Below, piece after piece: positions 35,394-45,672 of a stretch of DNA of 48,012 nt. The stretch is from contig JAZQDN010000133.1 of NCBI GenBank assembly GCA_045546815.1, positions 1-48,012 on the forward strand, in the 5' to 3' direction. The DNA is from Eubacteriales bacterium. Lineage in GTDB: Bacteria; Bacillota; Clostridia; Oscillospirales; QAKW01. Position 1 is the first letter of the stretch. The number at the start of each line of letters is the position of its first letter. The notes under the pieces are model-generated. The model made no database searches, was not told the DNA's origin, and saw only the letters and a program-made list of their open reading frames with translations. The position numbers and the translations under genes are program-made.

Positions 35394-37226
35394 ATGAAAA
35401 ATTTAAAGGAAAAGCTGAAAAATAAAAAATGGTTTAAAGTCCTCGGCTTTATCTTAATACCGTTTTATATAGTTTTTTGTTACGGTATTGCCGAATATAC
35501 AAACAGCAGCAGTATCAAGTCTGTTTTAAAGATGGCGTTGCCGTCCAATATGCCAAAGCTGTGGTTTGCATTGATCGTCCTTACACTTTTGTCGGCGGTG
35601 ATACTGCTGCTTGTTCGAAAGGTGTGGATATATGCCACCGTTTTTGGCAGCATTACGCTCATTATGGGTGTTATCAACTGCTTAAAGGTGGCTGTTAACG
35701 GTGATAACTTTGTGCCGTGGGATGTTACAATGCTCGGTAACGCCGGTCAGCTTGCAGGCTTTGCAAAGTTCGACCTGCCGTGGCTGACATATGTGTGGGT
35801 GCCGTGCGCGGCAATCTTTTGCCTGTTTTTCTGGCTGACCGATGCAAAAATCCCGCTTAAATGGTACTACACCGCGCCTGCAACGCTTTTAATAATTGTT
35901 CCTTTAATTGTTTTGTATAACTATCCGAATACGGTTGAAAAAGTAATAAGCAAGTTTGGTATGTCCTTTTCAAACTGTGCACTTCAGTCATCAAACTATA
36001 AGTATAATGGCTTTGTAAATGCTTTTACCATCAACTGCTTTTCGCTTAAGGTTGTTGAACCCGACGGCTACAGCGAGCAGACGATAAATTCATATCTTGA
36101 TAAATACGAAACAAAGCCTGCAACAGAGTCACCCGACGTTATCGCAGTTATGTCGGAAGCATTTTTTGATATACGCACGTTAAACGGCACCGAGTTTTCG
36201 GTTGACCCTCTTGCAAATTTTGACGAGATAAAATCGCGCAAAAACGCCTGTAGCGGTACCCTTTATACCACTGCCTACGGTGGCGGTACCGTCCGCACCG
36301 AGTTTGACTTTTTAACGGGCCTTACCGTTGATACGCTTGTAAACAGTACGACCCCCTGGCTGTACGTCAATAAAGACATTGAAACATACGTTTCAAATTA
36401 TAAGTCGCAGGGTTATACCACCACCGCGATTCATACCTATATGAAAAAGTTTTATATGCGAAATGTGGCGTACCCCTACCTTGGTTTTGACAGCTATATC
36501 GGGCAGGAGGACCTCGGTGACAGCTTTGTTTTGAGATACCGTCGCGGATATATTGTTGACGATGTGTTTATGGATGTCGTTATTGATGCACTCGAAAAAA
36601 ATCCCGATACCCCCAACTTTATTTACGGTATCACGATGGAAAATCACGGCGGCTACGATAAGTCAAGCCCTGAAAATATCGTGGTCGAGGTCAAAAATGA
36701 GCTGGTAGACGAGGAAATGTACGACCAGATAACAACATATACCCAGGGTGTGTATTATGCTGATCTTTCACTCAAAAAACTCGTTGACTATGTTGACAGC
36801 CGCGAAAAACCGACCGTAGTCATCTTCTTTGGCGATCATAAGCCCGCTTTCGGTATTTATGAGCGCGCCTTCAATCAGACGGGCAACCTCTACCAGCGCG
36901 ATGGCTACGATGTTGATGAAAACAAATTTATCTACTCGGCACCGTATCTTGTCTATGCAAACTACGATATCGACTTTGGCAAGCTTTCGGGCGAAAACAA
37001 AGAGGTTTCGGCTTATTATATGCTTTCTCTCATAGCCGAGGCTACAGGCACAAAAATGACCCCCTATATGCAAATGCTTGCAGGTAACTACGAAAACCTG
37101 CCCTGCTATAATGTTCGCCTCGGTATGACGCTTGATGGCGAAAACGAGTCTTTTGTGCTCGCAATGCGACACATAACTTATGACAGAATTTCAGGAAAAA
37201 AATATTCAGAAGCTTTGGAGAACTAA
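35394..37226 (+). CDS. LTA synthase family (phosphoglycerol transferase/sulfatase-like) membrane protein
   Basis: 5 N-terminal TM; MSEAFFD, GGGTVRTEF, TMENHG, FGDH. Start ATG 35394 behind GAGGAG. Confidence 0.9.
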   Translation: MKNLKEKLKNKKWFKVLGFILIPFYIVFCYGIAEYTNSSSIKSVLKMALPSNMPKLWFALIVLTLLSAVILLLVRKVWIYATVFGSITLIMGVINCLKVAVNGDNFVPWDVTMLGNAGQLAGFAKFDLPWLTYVWVPCAAIFCLFFWLTDAKIPLKWYYTAPATLLIIVPLIVLYNYPNTVEKVISKFGMSFSNCALQSSNYKYNGFVNAFTINCFSLKVVEPDGYSEQTINSYLDKYETKPATESPDVIAVMSEAFFDIRTLNGTEFSVDPLANFDEIKSRKNACSGTLYTTAYGGGTVRTEFDFLTGLTVDTLVNSTTPWLYVNKDIETYVSNYKSQGYTTTAIHTYMKKFYMRNVAYPYLGFDSYIGQEDLGDSFVLRYRRGYIVDDVFMDVVIDALEKNPDTPNFIYGITMENHGGYDKSSPENIVVEVKNELVDEEMYDQITTYTQGVYYADLSLKKLVDYVDSREKPTVVIFFGDHKPAFGIYERAFNQTGNLYQRDGYDVDENKFIYSAPYLVYANYDIDFGKLSGENKEVSAYYMLSLIAEATGTKMTPYMQMLAGNYENLPCYNVRLGMTLDGENESFVLAMRHITYDRISGKKYSEALEN

Positions 37227-37227
37227 A

Positions 37228-38262
37228 ATGATAAGATTTAATAACGATTATTGTCACGGCGCACACCCTGATGTGCTAAATGCGCTTGTTGAAACAAACG
37301 ATACTGCTTTTTGCGGCTACGGACTTGATGAAATGTGTGATGCGGCAAAGACAGAGATAAAAAAATACCTCGGTGGTGCCGATGCCGATATTCATTTTCT
37401 TGTCGGCGGCACACAGACAAACTTCACTGTTATCGCATCTGCGCTTCGCTCATATCAGGGTGTAATCAGCGCAGACAGCGGACATATCCATGTTCACGAA
37501 ACGGGTGCTGTCGAAAACGTCGGCTATAAAATTCTTGCGCTGCCTGCAAAGGACGGTAAAATCACCGCCGAGCAGGTGAGGGAAGTGGCGCAGGGCTATG
37601 TTGACAGCGACGTGCAGGAGCATATCACTCAGCCAAAGCTTGTATACATTTCGTTCCCGACAGAGTTCGGCACGATATATTCCAAACAAGAACTAAAAGA
37701 TATCAGCGATGTCTGCAAAAAATACGGTATGTATCTTTTTGTTGACGGTGCGCGTATGTCGTACGGTCTTGCCGCGGTAGGTGCAGATGTTACCCTTGCC
37801 GACCTTGCAAAGTATGCGGATGTGTTCTATATCGGCGGCACAAAATGCGGCGCTATGTTCGGTGAGGCGGTTGTCATAGTAAATAACGCTTTAAAACCCG
37901 ATTTTCGCAGCTATATCAAGCAAAACGGTGGAATGCTTGCAAAGGGCTGGACACTCGGAATTCAGTTCTATACGCTCTTTAAGGACGGACTGTATTTTGA
38001 GATCGCCAAAAACGCAATAGATTATGCTACCCGAATTAAGCAGGCGTGTTTACAAAAATCAATTCCAATGTATATCGACAGCCCCACAAATCAGCTTTTT
38101 GTTGTGGTGGATAAACAGCTTGCCGAGGCACTTTCGGAAAAATACTATTTTGAAAATGAGGGCGTAACTGAAGACGGCAAAAAAATAATTCGTTTTTGTA
38201 CCGCCTGGAGCACAAAGCCCGAACAAGTTGACGCACTTATAGAAAGTATAAACAAATTATGA
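37228..38262 (+). CDS. Low-specificity L-threonine aldolase (PLP)
   Basis: FNNDY, GGTQTN, HVHETGA, DGAR, IGGTKCG. Start ATG 37228 behind GGAG. Confidence 0.92.
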   Translation: MIRFNNDYCHGAHPDVLNALVETNDTAFCGYGLDEMCDAAKTEIKKYLGGADADIHFLVGGTQTNFTVIASALRSYQGVISADSGHIHVHETGAVENVGYKILALPAKDGKITAEQVREVAQGYVDSDVQEHITQPKLVYISFPTEFGTIYSKQELKDISDVCKKYGMYLFVDGARMSYGLAAVGADVTLADLAKYADVFYIGGTKCGAMFGEAVVIVNNALKPDFRSYIKQNGGMLAKGWTLGIQFYTLFKDGLYFEIAKNAIDYATRIKQACLQKSIPMYIDSPTNQLFVVVDKQLAEALSEKYYFENEGVTEDGKKIIRFCTAWSTKPEQVDALIESINKL

Positions 38263-39404
38263 TGACAAGAGAAAACATTAAAAAAATATTACTCATTGCG
38301 GCGGCAATAATCGTTATGCTGACGCTCGCTCTCAATATAGGTGTCGTATGGATAGGCATAAAGTCGCTCTATTCCATTGTTGAGCCCGTCTTAATCGGTT
38401 TTTGCCTTGCGTTTATTTTGAACTTATTGGTTGTTTTGTTTGAAAAACACGTATTTTTCAAACTTTCTACTAAGAAAAAGCAACGAAAAGCACTAATAAG
38501 AATACTAAGTATTGTTTCAACCCTTATTGTGTTTGTTTTGGTGATAGCACTTGTGCTTTTAGTAATCATTCCGCAGGTTTCAAAGACTGTTTCGTCAATT
38601 GTTGCAAGCCTGCCGCAGTTTGCTGACAGAGCAATGGAATGGGTGCGTGAGGTACTTGAACGTTTTGATGTTACGACCGAGCGCATAACAAATATTGTGC
38701 TTGGCGGTGAAGCGGTTATGGATAAGCTTACCTCTTTTGCGCAAACCAACTTAAACGGCGTTTTAAAATCGGTCGTTTCATTTGGCGGTGCGGCGGTAGG
38801 TGTCACCTCCGATATCTTTTTCGGTCTTTTCATTGCGATATACTTTCTCGCGGACAAGGATCGCGTTACCCGTCAGTGCAAGCGTCTTTTGCGCGCAGTA
38901 TTCAAAGAAAAAATCTATTCGCATATGTCGCATGTCGGCAATGTTGCTTATAAATCCTTTTCAAACTTTATCGGCGGACAGCTGATCGAAGCGGTTATTT
39001 TGGGTGTTCTGTGCTTTATCGGAATGCTTATTTTCGGATTTCCCTATGCGCCCGTTGTGTCGGTGCTCATCGGTGTAACAGCGCTCATTCCCATTGTCGG
39101 TGCTTGGGTCGGCGGCGGAGTTTCCGCAATACTCATTTTAACAAACGACCCTATAAAAGCACTGTGGTTTTTACTTTTCTTTATAATTTTACAGCAGCTT
39201 GAAGGCAACTTTATTTACCCCAAGGTTGTAGGAAAGCAAATCGGACTTCCGGGTGTCTGGGTGCTTCTTGCCGTTGTTGTCGGCACAGGAATTTTCGGTG
39301 CCGCGGGTGCGCTCATTTCGGTGCCGCTCACGTCGGTGCTTTATACACTTGCCACTGAATATGTTATAAAAACGGAAAAAGCAAATGACAGACCTCTGGA
39401 GTAA
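38259..39404 (+). CDS. AI-2E family transporter
   Basis: GQLIEA.ILG, LIP.VGA, QQLEGN.IYP.VVG. Confidence 0.92.
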   Translation: MMTRENIKKILLIAAAIIVMLTLALNIGVVWIGIKSLYSIVEPVLIGFCLAFILNLLVVLFEKHVFFKLSTKKKQRKALIRILSIVSTLIVFVLVIALVLLVIIPQVSKTVSSIVASLPQFADRAMEWVREVLERFDVTTERITNIVLGGEAVMDKLTSFAQTNLNGVLKSVVSFGGAAVGVTSDIFFGLFIAIYFLADKDRVTRQCKRLLRAVFKEKIYSHMSHVGNVAYKSFSNFIGGQLIEAVILGVLCFIGMLIFGFPYAPVVSVLIGVTALIPIVGAWVGGGVSAILILTNDPIKALWFLLFFIILQQLEGNFIYPKVVGKQIGLPGVWVLLAVVVGTGIFGAAGALISVPLTSVLYTLATEYVIKTEKANDRPLE

Positions 39405-40413
39405 ACTCAAAAGTACTGACCGCCCTATTGTGCTTTACGGCATGGGCGACGGTGCCGATAAAATGATAGCTGCACTGAATAATATCGGAAAAACTCCTGC
39501 TGCAGTCTTTGCAAGCGACGACTTTGTACGCGGACAATCATTCCGTGGTATGAAGGTACTTACCTTTACACAGGCAAAAAATGCTTTTCCTGATATGATT
39601 GCTTGTGTCTGCTTCGGTACTCAGATAAAAGAGGTGCTTGACAATATAAAAAATATATCGCAGCTGTGCGAACTGTATGCACCCGACCTGCCCGTTATTG
39701 ATAGCGGCCTTTTTGATAAAGATTATCTGCAAAAAAATATTCATACTGCCGAGCTTATCTACTCCCGTCTTGCAGACGAGCAGTCAAAACTGACCTTTGA
39801 AAGCGTTTTGCGATATAAGCTGACGGGAAATATAAATTTTCTTTCACAGTGCGAGGTAGAACCTCTTGAGCCGTACAGCAGCATATTAAGGCTTAATGAT
39901 AACGAAACGTATGTTGACCTTGGTGCATACCGCGGCGATACCGTAAGCGAGTTTTTGTCGCAGGTAAACGGCTTTGACAGCATTTTTGCGGTTGAGCCTG
40001 ATGTTAAAAATTATCAAAAGCTCTCAGATGCCTACCGAGACATTGCAATCTGTATCAATGCGGCGGCAAGCGACAGCGACGGCTTTGTTACTTTTGATAC
40101 CCGTCGCGGCAGAAGCTCGCATATATCACAGAGCGGAAAAACCGTGCCCGCCATAGCTGTCGACTCTCTTTTGGGTGTAAAGGCACCAACCTTTATAAAG
40201 CTTGATGTCGAGGGTAATGAAAAAAACGCTATTATCGGCGCTTCGCACACAATCGTGCAGTATAAACCAAAGCTGTGTGTTGCGGCGTACCACCGTTTTA
40301 ACGACATTTTTGAGATTCCGCTTCAGGTGCTGGGCATGCGACCCGATTATAAAATGTACCTGCGCCATTTTCCGTATATTCCCGCGTGGGATACAAATTA
40401 CTATTTCGTGTAG
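39385..40413 (+). CDS. FkbM family SAM-dependent methyltransferase
   Basis: VDLGAYRGD, VEPD, IKLDVEGNE, AAYH. Confidence 0.9.
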   Translation: MTDLWSKLKSTDRPIVLYGMGDGADKMIAALNNIGKTPAAVFASDDFVRGQSFRGMKVLTFTQAKNAFPDMIACVCFGTQIKEVLDNIKNISQLCELYAPDLPVIDSGLFDKDYLQKNIHTAELIYSRLADEQSKLTFESVLRYKLTGNINFLSQCEVEPLEPYSSILRLNDNETYVDLGAYRGDTVSEFLSQVNGFDSIFAVEPDVKNYQKLSDAYRDIAICINAAASDSDGFVTFDTRRGRSSHISQSGKTVPAIAVDSLLGVKAPTFIKLDVEGNEKNAIIGASHTIVQYKPKLCVAAYHRFNDIFEIPLQVLGMRPDYKMYLRHFPYIPAWDTNYYFV

Positions 40414-40439
40414 ACAACAGTATGATTTTTTTATATAAT
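40411..40439 (+). promoter_or_regulatory. Sigma-A promoter of mltG
   Basis: TAGACA-N17-TATAAT. Confidence 0.7.
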
Positions 40440-40459
40440 AGTTTTTGAGGTGATACACT

Positions 40460-41512
40460 TTGAAAAAGAAAATAGCAATTGTTGTTGTGCTTGCGGTGCT
40501 TGTTGCCGGCGGCATCTTTGCAGGCATTAAAATAAAAAACTATCTGCCGTTTTATTTTGATAAGACAGGCAAAAACCAACCCGATACACAGTATACGCTT
40601 GTCATTGAAAAGAGCGATTTTGAAAACGAGGTCGCAATTCGACTGCAGGAGCAGGGGATAATCGTTTCGGCTGTGAGATTTTTGGGGTATATTCACGAAA
40701 ACTACCCCGATTTTGTATGGTATAACGGCACATACGATGTGTCTGCCGATATGTCGTACGAGCAGCTTTGCAAAAAGCTTCAGAACCCCGATAAAAAAAT
40801 CGAGTATGTCAAATTTACCGTTCCCGAGGGTAAAAACATAATCGGTGTTGCAAATATTGTTGAAAAATCGGGACTTTGCACAAAAGAGGAGTTTTTGGCG
40901 GCGGCAGACAGCTACGACTATGATTATGCCTTTATTGATGTGCTCAAAGCGCGCGATCAGTCAAAGGTCGGCTATAAGCTTGAGGGCTATCTTTTTCCGG
41001 CAACGTATGAATTCAGAAAAGACACTGTCACCCCCGAGGAGATCGTAAATCAGATGCTGTCTGCATTTTCGGGCTATGTTACCGAGAGCACGATTGCTAA
41101 AGCCGAAGAGCTGGGACTTGATGTAAACGAGCTTATCACCTTTGCGTCGGTCATTCAGGCAGAGGCCTTTTCAAAAGAATCGATGGAATATATTTCGTCG
41201 GTGTTCTGGAACAGACTGGGTTCGTCCTATACACGTCTTGAGTCCGACCCCACAAAAACCTATGCAAAAAGCCTTCAGAGCCTTGATCACTACTCGCAGG
41301 CAATGTTTAATGCATATGATACATATGCTTGCGCAGGTCTTCCCGTTGGTCCTACAAACTGTCCCGGTATGGATACGATAAACGCTGTTTTAAACCCTGC
41401 CGAAACACCGTATTTTTACTTTGTGACAGATGCCGACGGTAACTTTTACTATAACGAAACCTATGCCGAGCACGTTGCTGATTGCTACGCTATCGGTCTT
41501 TGGAAAAGATAA
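40460..41512 (+). CDS. mltG: Endolytic transglycosylase MltG
   Basis: N-terminal TM, TVPEG, LEGYLFPATY, ASVIQAE, NRL...LESDPT, GLPVGP, YFV. Confidence 0.92.
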   Translation: MKKKIAIVVVLAVLVAGGIFAGIKIKNYLPFYFDKTGKNQPDTQYTLVIEKSDFENEVAIRLQEQGIIVSAVRFLGYIHENYPDFVWYNGTYDVSADMSYEQLCKKLQNPDKKIEYVKFTVPEGKNIIGVANIVEKSGLCTKEEFLAAADSYDYDYAFIDVLKARDQSKVGYKLEGYLFPATYEFRKDTVTPEEIVNQMLSAFSGYVTESTIAKAEELGLDVNELITFASVIQAEAFSKESMEYISSVFWNRLGSSYTRLESDPTKTYAKSLQSLDHYSQAMFNAYDTYACAGLPVGPTNCPGMDTINAVLNPAETPYFYFVTDADGNFYYNETYAEHVADCYAIGLWKR

Positions 41513-41542
41513 AAAAATCCCGTGATAACCACGGGATTTTTT
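41512..41542 (+). terminator. Terminator after mltG
   Basis: AAAAAATCCCGTG-ataac-CACGGGATTTTTT. Confidence 0.85.
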
Positions 41543-41555
41543 AAAGGATTTATTT

Positions 41556-41999
41556 ATGAAGATAATTGTTGATGCCGACGCGTGCCCTGTAACACGTCTT
41601 GCGAATAATATAGCAAAACAATATTCACTTGAGTGTATTGTCGTATGTGACACCTCGCACGTGATAAATATCGATTATGCCACTGTTATCACCGTTTCGC
41701 AGGGTGCTGACAGTGCCGACTACAAAATCGTAAATATGGTAGAGAATGGCGACATTGTTGTAACGCAGGACTACGGTCTTGCGGCACTGTGCCTGTCGCG
41801 CGGAGCATATGCTGTCAACCAGAGCGGTATGGTATATAACGAAGCAAATATGGACAGCCTTCTGTTTTTTCGTGCAGCCTCCGCAAAAGCGCGCAGGGCA
41901 GGTATTCGTACCAAGGGCTTTAAAAAGCGAAGCAGCAGTCAGGATGATGACTTTAACACCGCTCTTTGTAAGCTAATCGAGAGCAATCGTGTCAATTAA
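41556..41999 (+). CDS. YaiI/YqxD (DUF188) family protein
   Basis: VDADACPV, DSAD, VTQDYGLA. Confidence 0.93.
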   Translation: MKIIVDADACPVTRLANNIAKQYSLECIVVCDTSHVINIDYATVITVSQGADSADYKIVNMVENGDIVVTQDYGLAALCLSRGAYAVNQSGMVYNEANMDSLLFFRAASAKARRAGIRTKGFKKRSSSQDDDFNTALCKLIESNRVN

Positions 42000-42770
42000 C
42001 TCATAGCTTTCGTTGTACACATCGCACACAACTCCGTCACCCATGACCCGTATGTTTGCGCCGAACTCGCCTTCATTTAGTGTTGGCTCTGCGGGCGCGT
42101 GGATCTTTCCGTTGTTGTCAATGCTGTATATAAAGCTTTCGTAAAAAATAAACTCGCTTGTATCGGTTAAAACCGTCTTTGCAACCGCACCATCGTAGCT
42201 GAGCGTTTTAAGACAACTGTCTGCGCTGTCTAAAAAATACACACCGTCCTTGTAGGCGGACAGACTTTTCGGACGTGCCGCCGATATTTTGAATCGGACG
42301 AGCCCGTCAAAATCGGCACAGTAAATACCGTCGATCCCGCCGTAACCGATGCCGTTATGCTCGGTAACCGTTTCAAAATCAAAATCAATAATCTGTGAAC
42401 AATCGACCTGATTTATGAGTATCTCGTCTGCACCGACTGCACTGTAATATTCCTTTAAAAGCGATCTTGCACCCTCGTTTGTGCTGTCAACGTTTTGCAG
42501 AATGTGCAGTAAAATTCCCGCACCCTCGGGCGCGCTGATGTCAACATACTGCTGTGCGATATCGAGTAAAATATCGGTGTCGTCATTTGCATATTTTATA
42601 ACTCGGACAACACTTGCCTTGTTGTTTATATCCATCTTTTTAATCGCCCGCGATAAACGCACGCTTTTAAAGAGCAATGCCGACACGACAGCGACAGCCG
42701 TAACCGCGATAACTATTATAATTATCAACAAAGCCTTTGATTTTGTTTTTGTTTTTTGCATTATATCCAT
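41973..42770 (-). CDS. Hypothetical membrane-anchored protein (helical region plus short beta-repeat region)
   Basis: Basic N-terminus, single TM, GIYCADFDG/TLSYDG repeats; AAGGA RBS. Confidence 0.6.
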   Translation of the reverse strand: MDIMQKTKTKSKALLIIIIVIAVTAVAVVSALLFKSVRLSRAIKKMDINNKASVVRVIKYANDDTDILLDIAQQYVDISAPEGAGILLHILQNVDSTNEGARSLLKEYYSAVGADEILINQVDCSQIIDFDFETVTEHNGIGYGGIDGIYCADFDGLVRFKISAARPKSLSAYKDGVYFLDSADSCLKTLSYDGAVAKTVLTDTSEFIFYESFIYSIDNNGKIHAPAEPTLNEGEFGANIRVMGDGVVCDVYNESYELIDTIALD

Positions 42771-42796
42771 CCTTAAATTATACAGATGCTTTAAAT

Positions 42797-42822
42797 AAAA
42801 AAGACCTTTAAAGGTCTTTTTT
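42797..42822 (-). terminator. Terminator after the P-type ATPase
   Basis: Palindrome AAAAAAGACCTTT/AAAGGTCTTTTTT. Confidence 0.75.
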
Positions 42823-44717
42823 TATTTTTTGGCTAGGCGTGAGCTGTTTATAAGTACAACAAACGCACCGAAGTTGTGAAGTATACTGCCCGCAAGCGCA
42901 CTTATTACGCCAAACGCCGACAGCGTTATCATCGCAAGGCTTATAAGAATAGAAAGCGCAAGGTTCTGATAAATAATGCTTCTTGTCTTGCGTGCAAGCT
43001 CAATAGCGTAGGGAATGTTTAATAGGTTGTTGTTCATCAGCGCAATGTCTGCCGACTGTATTGCAAGATCAGATCCCATAGCGCCCATCGCGATACCTAC
43101 GTGCGCTTCTTTTAACGCGAGTGCGTCGTTTATGCCGTCGCCGACAGCCAACACATAATAATCCTCTTTGAGCCTTATAAGCGAATTAAGCTTATCCTGC
43201 GGTAAAAGCTGTGCCTCAAACTCCGAAATACCGATTATGTCGCAAATGTTCTGCGCGGCTTCCTTTCTGTCACCGGTAAGCATAACGGTTTTTTCAATGC
43301 CGCACTTTTCAAGCATTTCAACGCCTTGCTTTGCTTCCTCGCGTACTGTATCGCAAAAGCAAAGTGCACCTAAAAGTACTCCGTTTTTGGCAACAAAGCT
43401 GACCGAGCCTAAAAACGCCTCGTCAAAACCGTCTTCGATCTGTACACCGCATCCGGTGATCCAGCTTTTGTTACCAAACAAAACGGTGGTGCCGTCCTTT
43501 TGACCTTCTATACCCTTACCCGAGATTTCTTTTATGGAAAAATCTTTACAGTAATCGATGTTACCTGCCGCGGCGATAACCGCACGTGAAACGGGGTGAT
43601 TTGAGGCAAAGGCAACAGATGCGGCAAGCGACAACAGCTCATCCTGCTCCACACCATCACATACCTTTGCACCTGTGAGTGACAGCTCACCCTTTGTAAC
43701 AGTACCCGTTTTATCAAAAACGACCGCATTGATTTCTGTCAGCTCTTCAATGAATTTCGAGTTTTTGATAAGTATACCGCGTTTTGTTGCGGCAGACAGC
43801 GCGGCAATCATCGGTGCCGAGCTTACAAGCATCTGTCCGCAAGGGCAGGAAACAACAAGAATCGCGATAGCTTTGTTAATATCCATTGTGACAAGTGCAA
43901 TTGCCGCAGAAATAACAAGTATCAGCGGAATGTAATATTTCATAAACTTGTCGATAAGACGTGTTTCGGGGATTGAAATATTTTCTGATTCCTCAAGTAA
44001 TTTTAAAATGTTTGAAAAAGAACTGTCAACGTATTCCTTTTCAACCTCAACCACGATTTTACCGTCAAGGTTAACAGTACCCGCATACACCTTGTCGCCG
44101 ACACCGACCTGTGCAGGCTGCGGTTCGCCCGTGAGCGATTTCTGGTCAATTGCCGTCTCACCCGAAATAACCTTACCGTCAATCGGTATTCCCGTGCCGG
44201 GCTTGATTAATATTTTCTGTCCGATCTTAAGCGTTTTTGCATCAACCTCGCGCTCACTGTCACCATCAAGCAAAATTGCGGTGTTTTGCTGCATCTTTTT
44301 AAGACCGTCAATTACCTCACGGCCGCCCATAATACTGCGCTCTTCAAGAAAATGCGCAATGTTGAGTATAAACGGAATGAGCACCGACAGTACAAGCTGT
44401 CCCGTGAAGTAGCAGGCGATTATCGCGATCGCCACCAACATTTCCATTGCGTTTGAAAGCTCTTTTGAAAAAATACCCTTTACCGCCGCAATGAAAACAG
44501 GGATGCCCTCTACCAAAAATGCGATTGTATAAAAGAGCGCGGGAACAATCTCTTTTTGAGGAAACAGCAGTGTGTAAATAAATCCGACTGCAAGGCAGGA
44601 AAGCGCCACCGCTCCGCTTAAAATCTCGCGGCGCAGCTTGCTTTTTTCTTTGTCAGACATACTTTCGTTTGACAGCGCCTTAAGGCTGTTTTTTCCGATA
44701 TGGTCTATATTCTCCAT
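42822..44717 (-). CDS. P1B-type (heavy-metal) P-type ATPase without N-terminal metal-binding domain
   Basis: LTGE, SCPC, DKTGT, SNHP, TGD, GDGINDA, HN in the last TM. Confidence 0.93.
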   Translation of the reverse strand: MENIDHIGKNSLKALSNESMSDKEKSKLRREILSGAVALSCLAVGFIYTLLFPQKEIVPALFYTIAFLVEGIPVFIAAVKGIFSKELSNAMEMLVAIAIIACYFTGQLVLSVLIPFILNIAHFLEERSIMGGREVIDGLKKMQQNTAILLDGDSEREVDAKTLKIGQKILIKPGTGIPIDGKVISGETAIDQKSLTGEPQPAQVGVGDKVYAGTVNLDGKIVVEVEKEYVDSSFSNILKLLEESENISIPETRLIDKFMKYYIPLILVISAAIALVTMDINKAIAILVVSCPCGQMLVSSAPMIAALSAATKRGILIKNSKFIEELTEINAVVFDKTGTVTKGELSLTGAKVCDGVEQDELLSLAASVAFASNHPVSRAVIAAAGNIDYCKDFSIKEISGKGIEGQKDGTTVLFGNKSWITGCGVQIEDGFDEAFLGSVSFVAKNGVLLGALCFCDTVREEAKQGVEMLEKCGIEKTVMLTGDRKEAAQNICDIIGISEFEAQLLPQDKLNSLIRLKEDYYVLAVGDGINDALALKEAHVGIAMGAMGSDLAIQSADIALMNNNLLNIPYAIELARKTRSIIYQNLALSILISLAMITLSAFGVISALAGSILHNFGAFVVLINSSRLAKK

Positions 44718-44730
44718 TCTACAGCCTCCC

Positions 44731-45672
44731 TTAGTTAATGATAATATTGCTGTCGCCTTCGCTTACAACCTTGATAGTACCGATTTTATTAATGGCTTCT
44801 TTAACCTTCTGGTTATATATGCGTGTGCGCACAACAACAGAGCTTGTCTTGTACTCTTCAAGCACGCCCCAGAACTCTGCAAGGTCAGAGTTTGCCGCGG
44901 CAACCGCCGTCGAATACTCTGTGTTTGCGTCAGATATCGCTTTGTTTGCGTCCGCTTCAGCGGAAGGAATGGTGGTGTCGCGGTACTGCGTCGCATTTTC
45001 AAGAATAGTGTTTGCCTGAACTGTCGCAGAGTTTACCGCCTCATATGTTGCACGCACCTCGCTCGGCATACCGACGTATGTAAGCTCAATTGCACTTACC
45101 GTAATTCCGACCTGTGCCGCATCCAGCTTTTGCTGTGAGCTTTTTATTGTCTGTGATGTAAACTGCTCCTTGCCCGAAGTGAGAATGTCGTCAACGGCCA
45201 TATACGCCGATGTTTCGACCATTGCGTTGCTGACGCTGGCATTGATGATCTGTTTAATATCCTTTACCTTGAGTGCGTATGCAACGGGGTCTGTTATCGT
45301 GTATTTGAGCGATGCGGTAATAACCGCAATGTTGTGGTCGCCCGTGATAACGTACCCGTTTTTTGTGTAGTCAGAGCTCATTTCAGCGGGTGTGAAATGT
45401 GTTTCGACCTTCTGCTCAATAATATTGCCTGTCGGGACTGTTATGACCTCATCAATGATGTAGGGGAATGCAAACAGTATACCCGGTCCGTGCACCTGCT
45501 CCTCGGCGGTATTGCCGACAAGCTTTCCGAATCGCAGAATAAGTGCGACGTTACCGCTCTTTATAAAACGTACACCCGAAAAGCAAATGAACAGTGTTAT
45601 TATGATGACTGCGGCAACAAAAATCCGTGATACCGTTTTCAGTACATCTTCAAAAACTGCATTCTTTTTCAT
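44731..45672 (-). CDS. SPFH/HflK-like protein
   Basis: Single N-terminal TM, LRFGK, GPG..FAFPY.ID, ITGDHN, Ala-rich coiled coil. Confidence 0.88.
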   Translation of the reverse strand: MKKNAVFEDVLKTVSRIFVAAVIIITLFICFSGVRFIKSGNVALILRFGKLVGNTAEEQVHGPGILFAFPYIIDEVITVPTGNIIEQKVETHFTPAEMSSDYTKNGYVITGDHNIAVITASLKYTITDPVAYALKVKDIKQIINASVSNAMVETSAYMAVDDILTSGKEQFTSQTIKSSQQKLDAAQVGITVSAIELTYVGMPSEVRATYEAVNSATVQANTILENATQYRDTTIPSAEADANKAISDANTEYSTAVAAANSDLAEFWGVLEEYKTSSVVVRTRIYNQKVKEAINKIGTIKVVSEGDSNIIIN

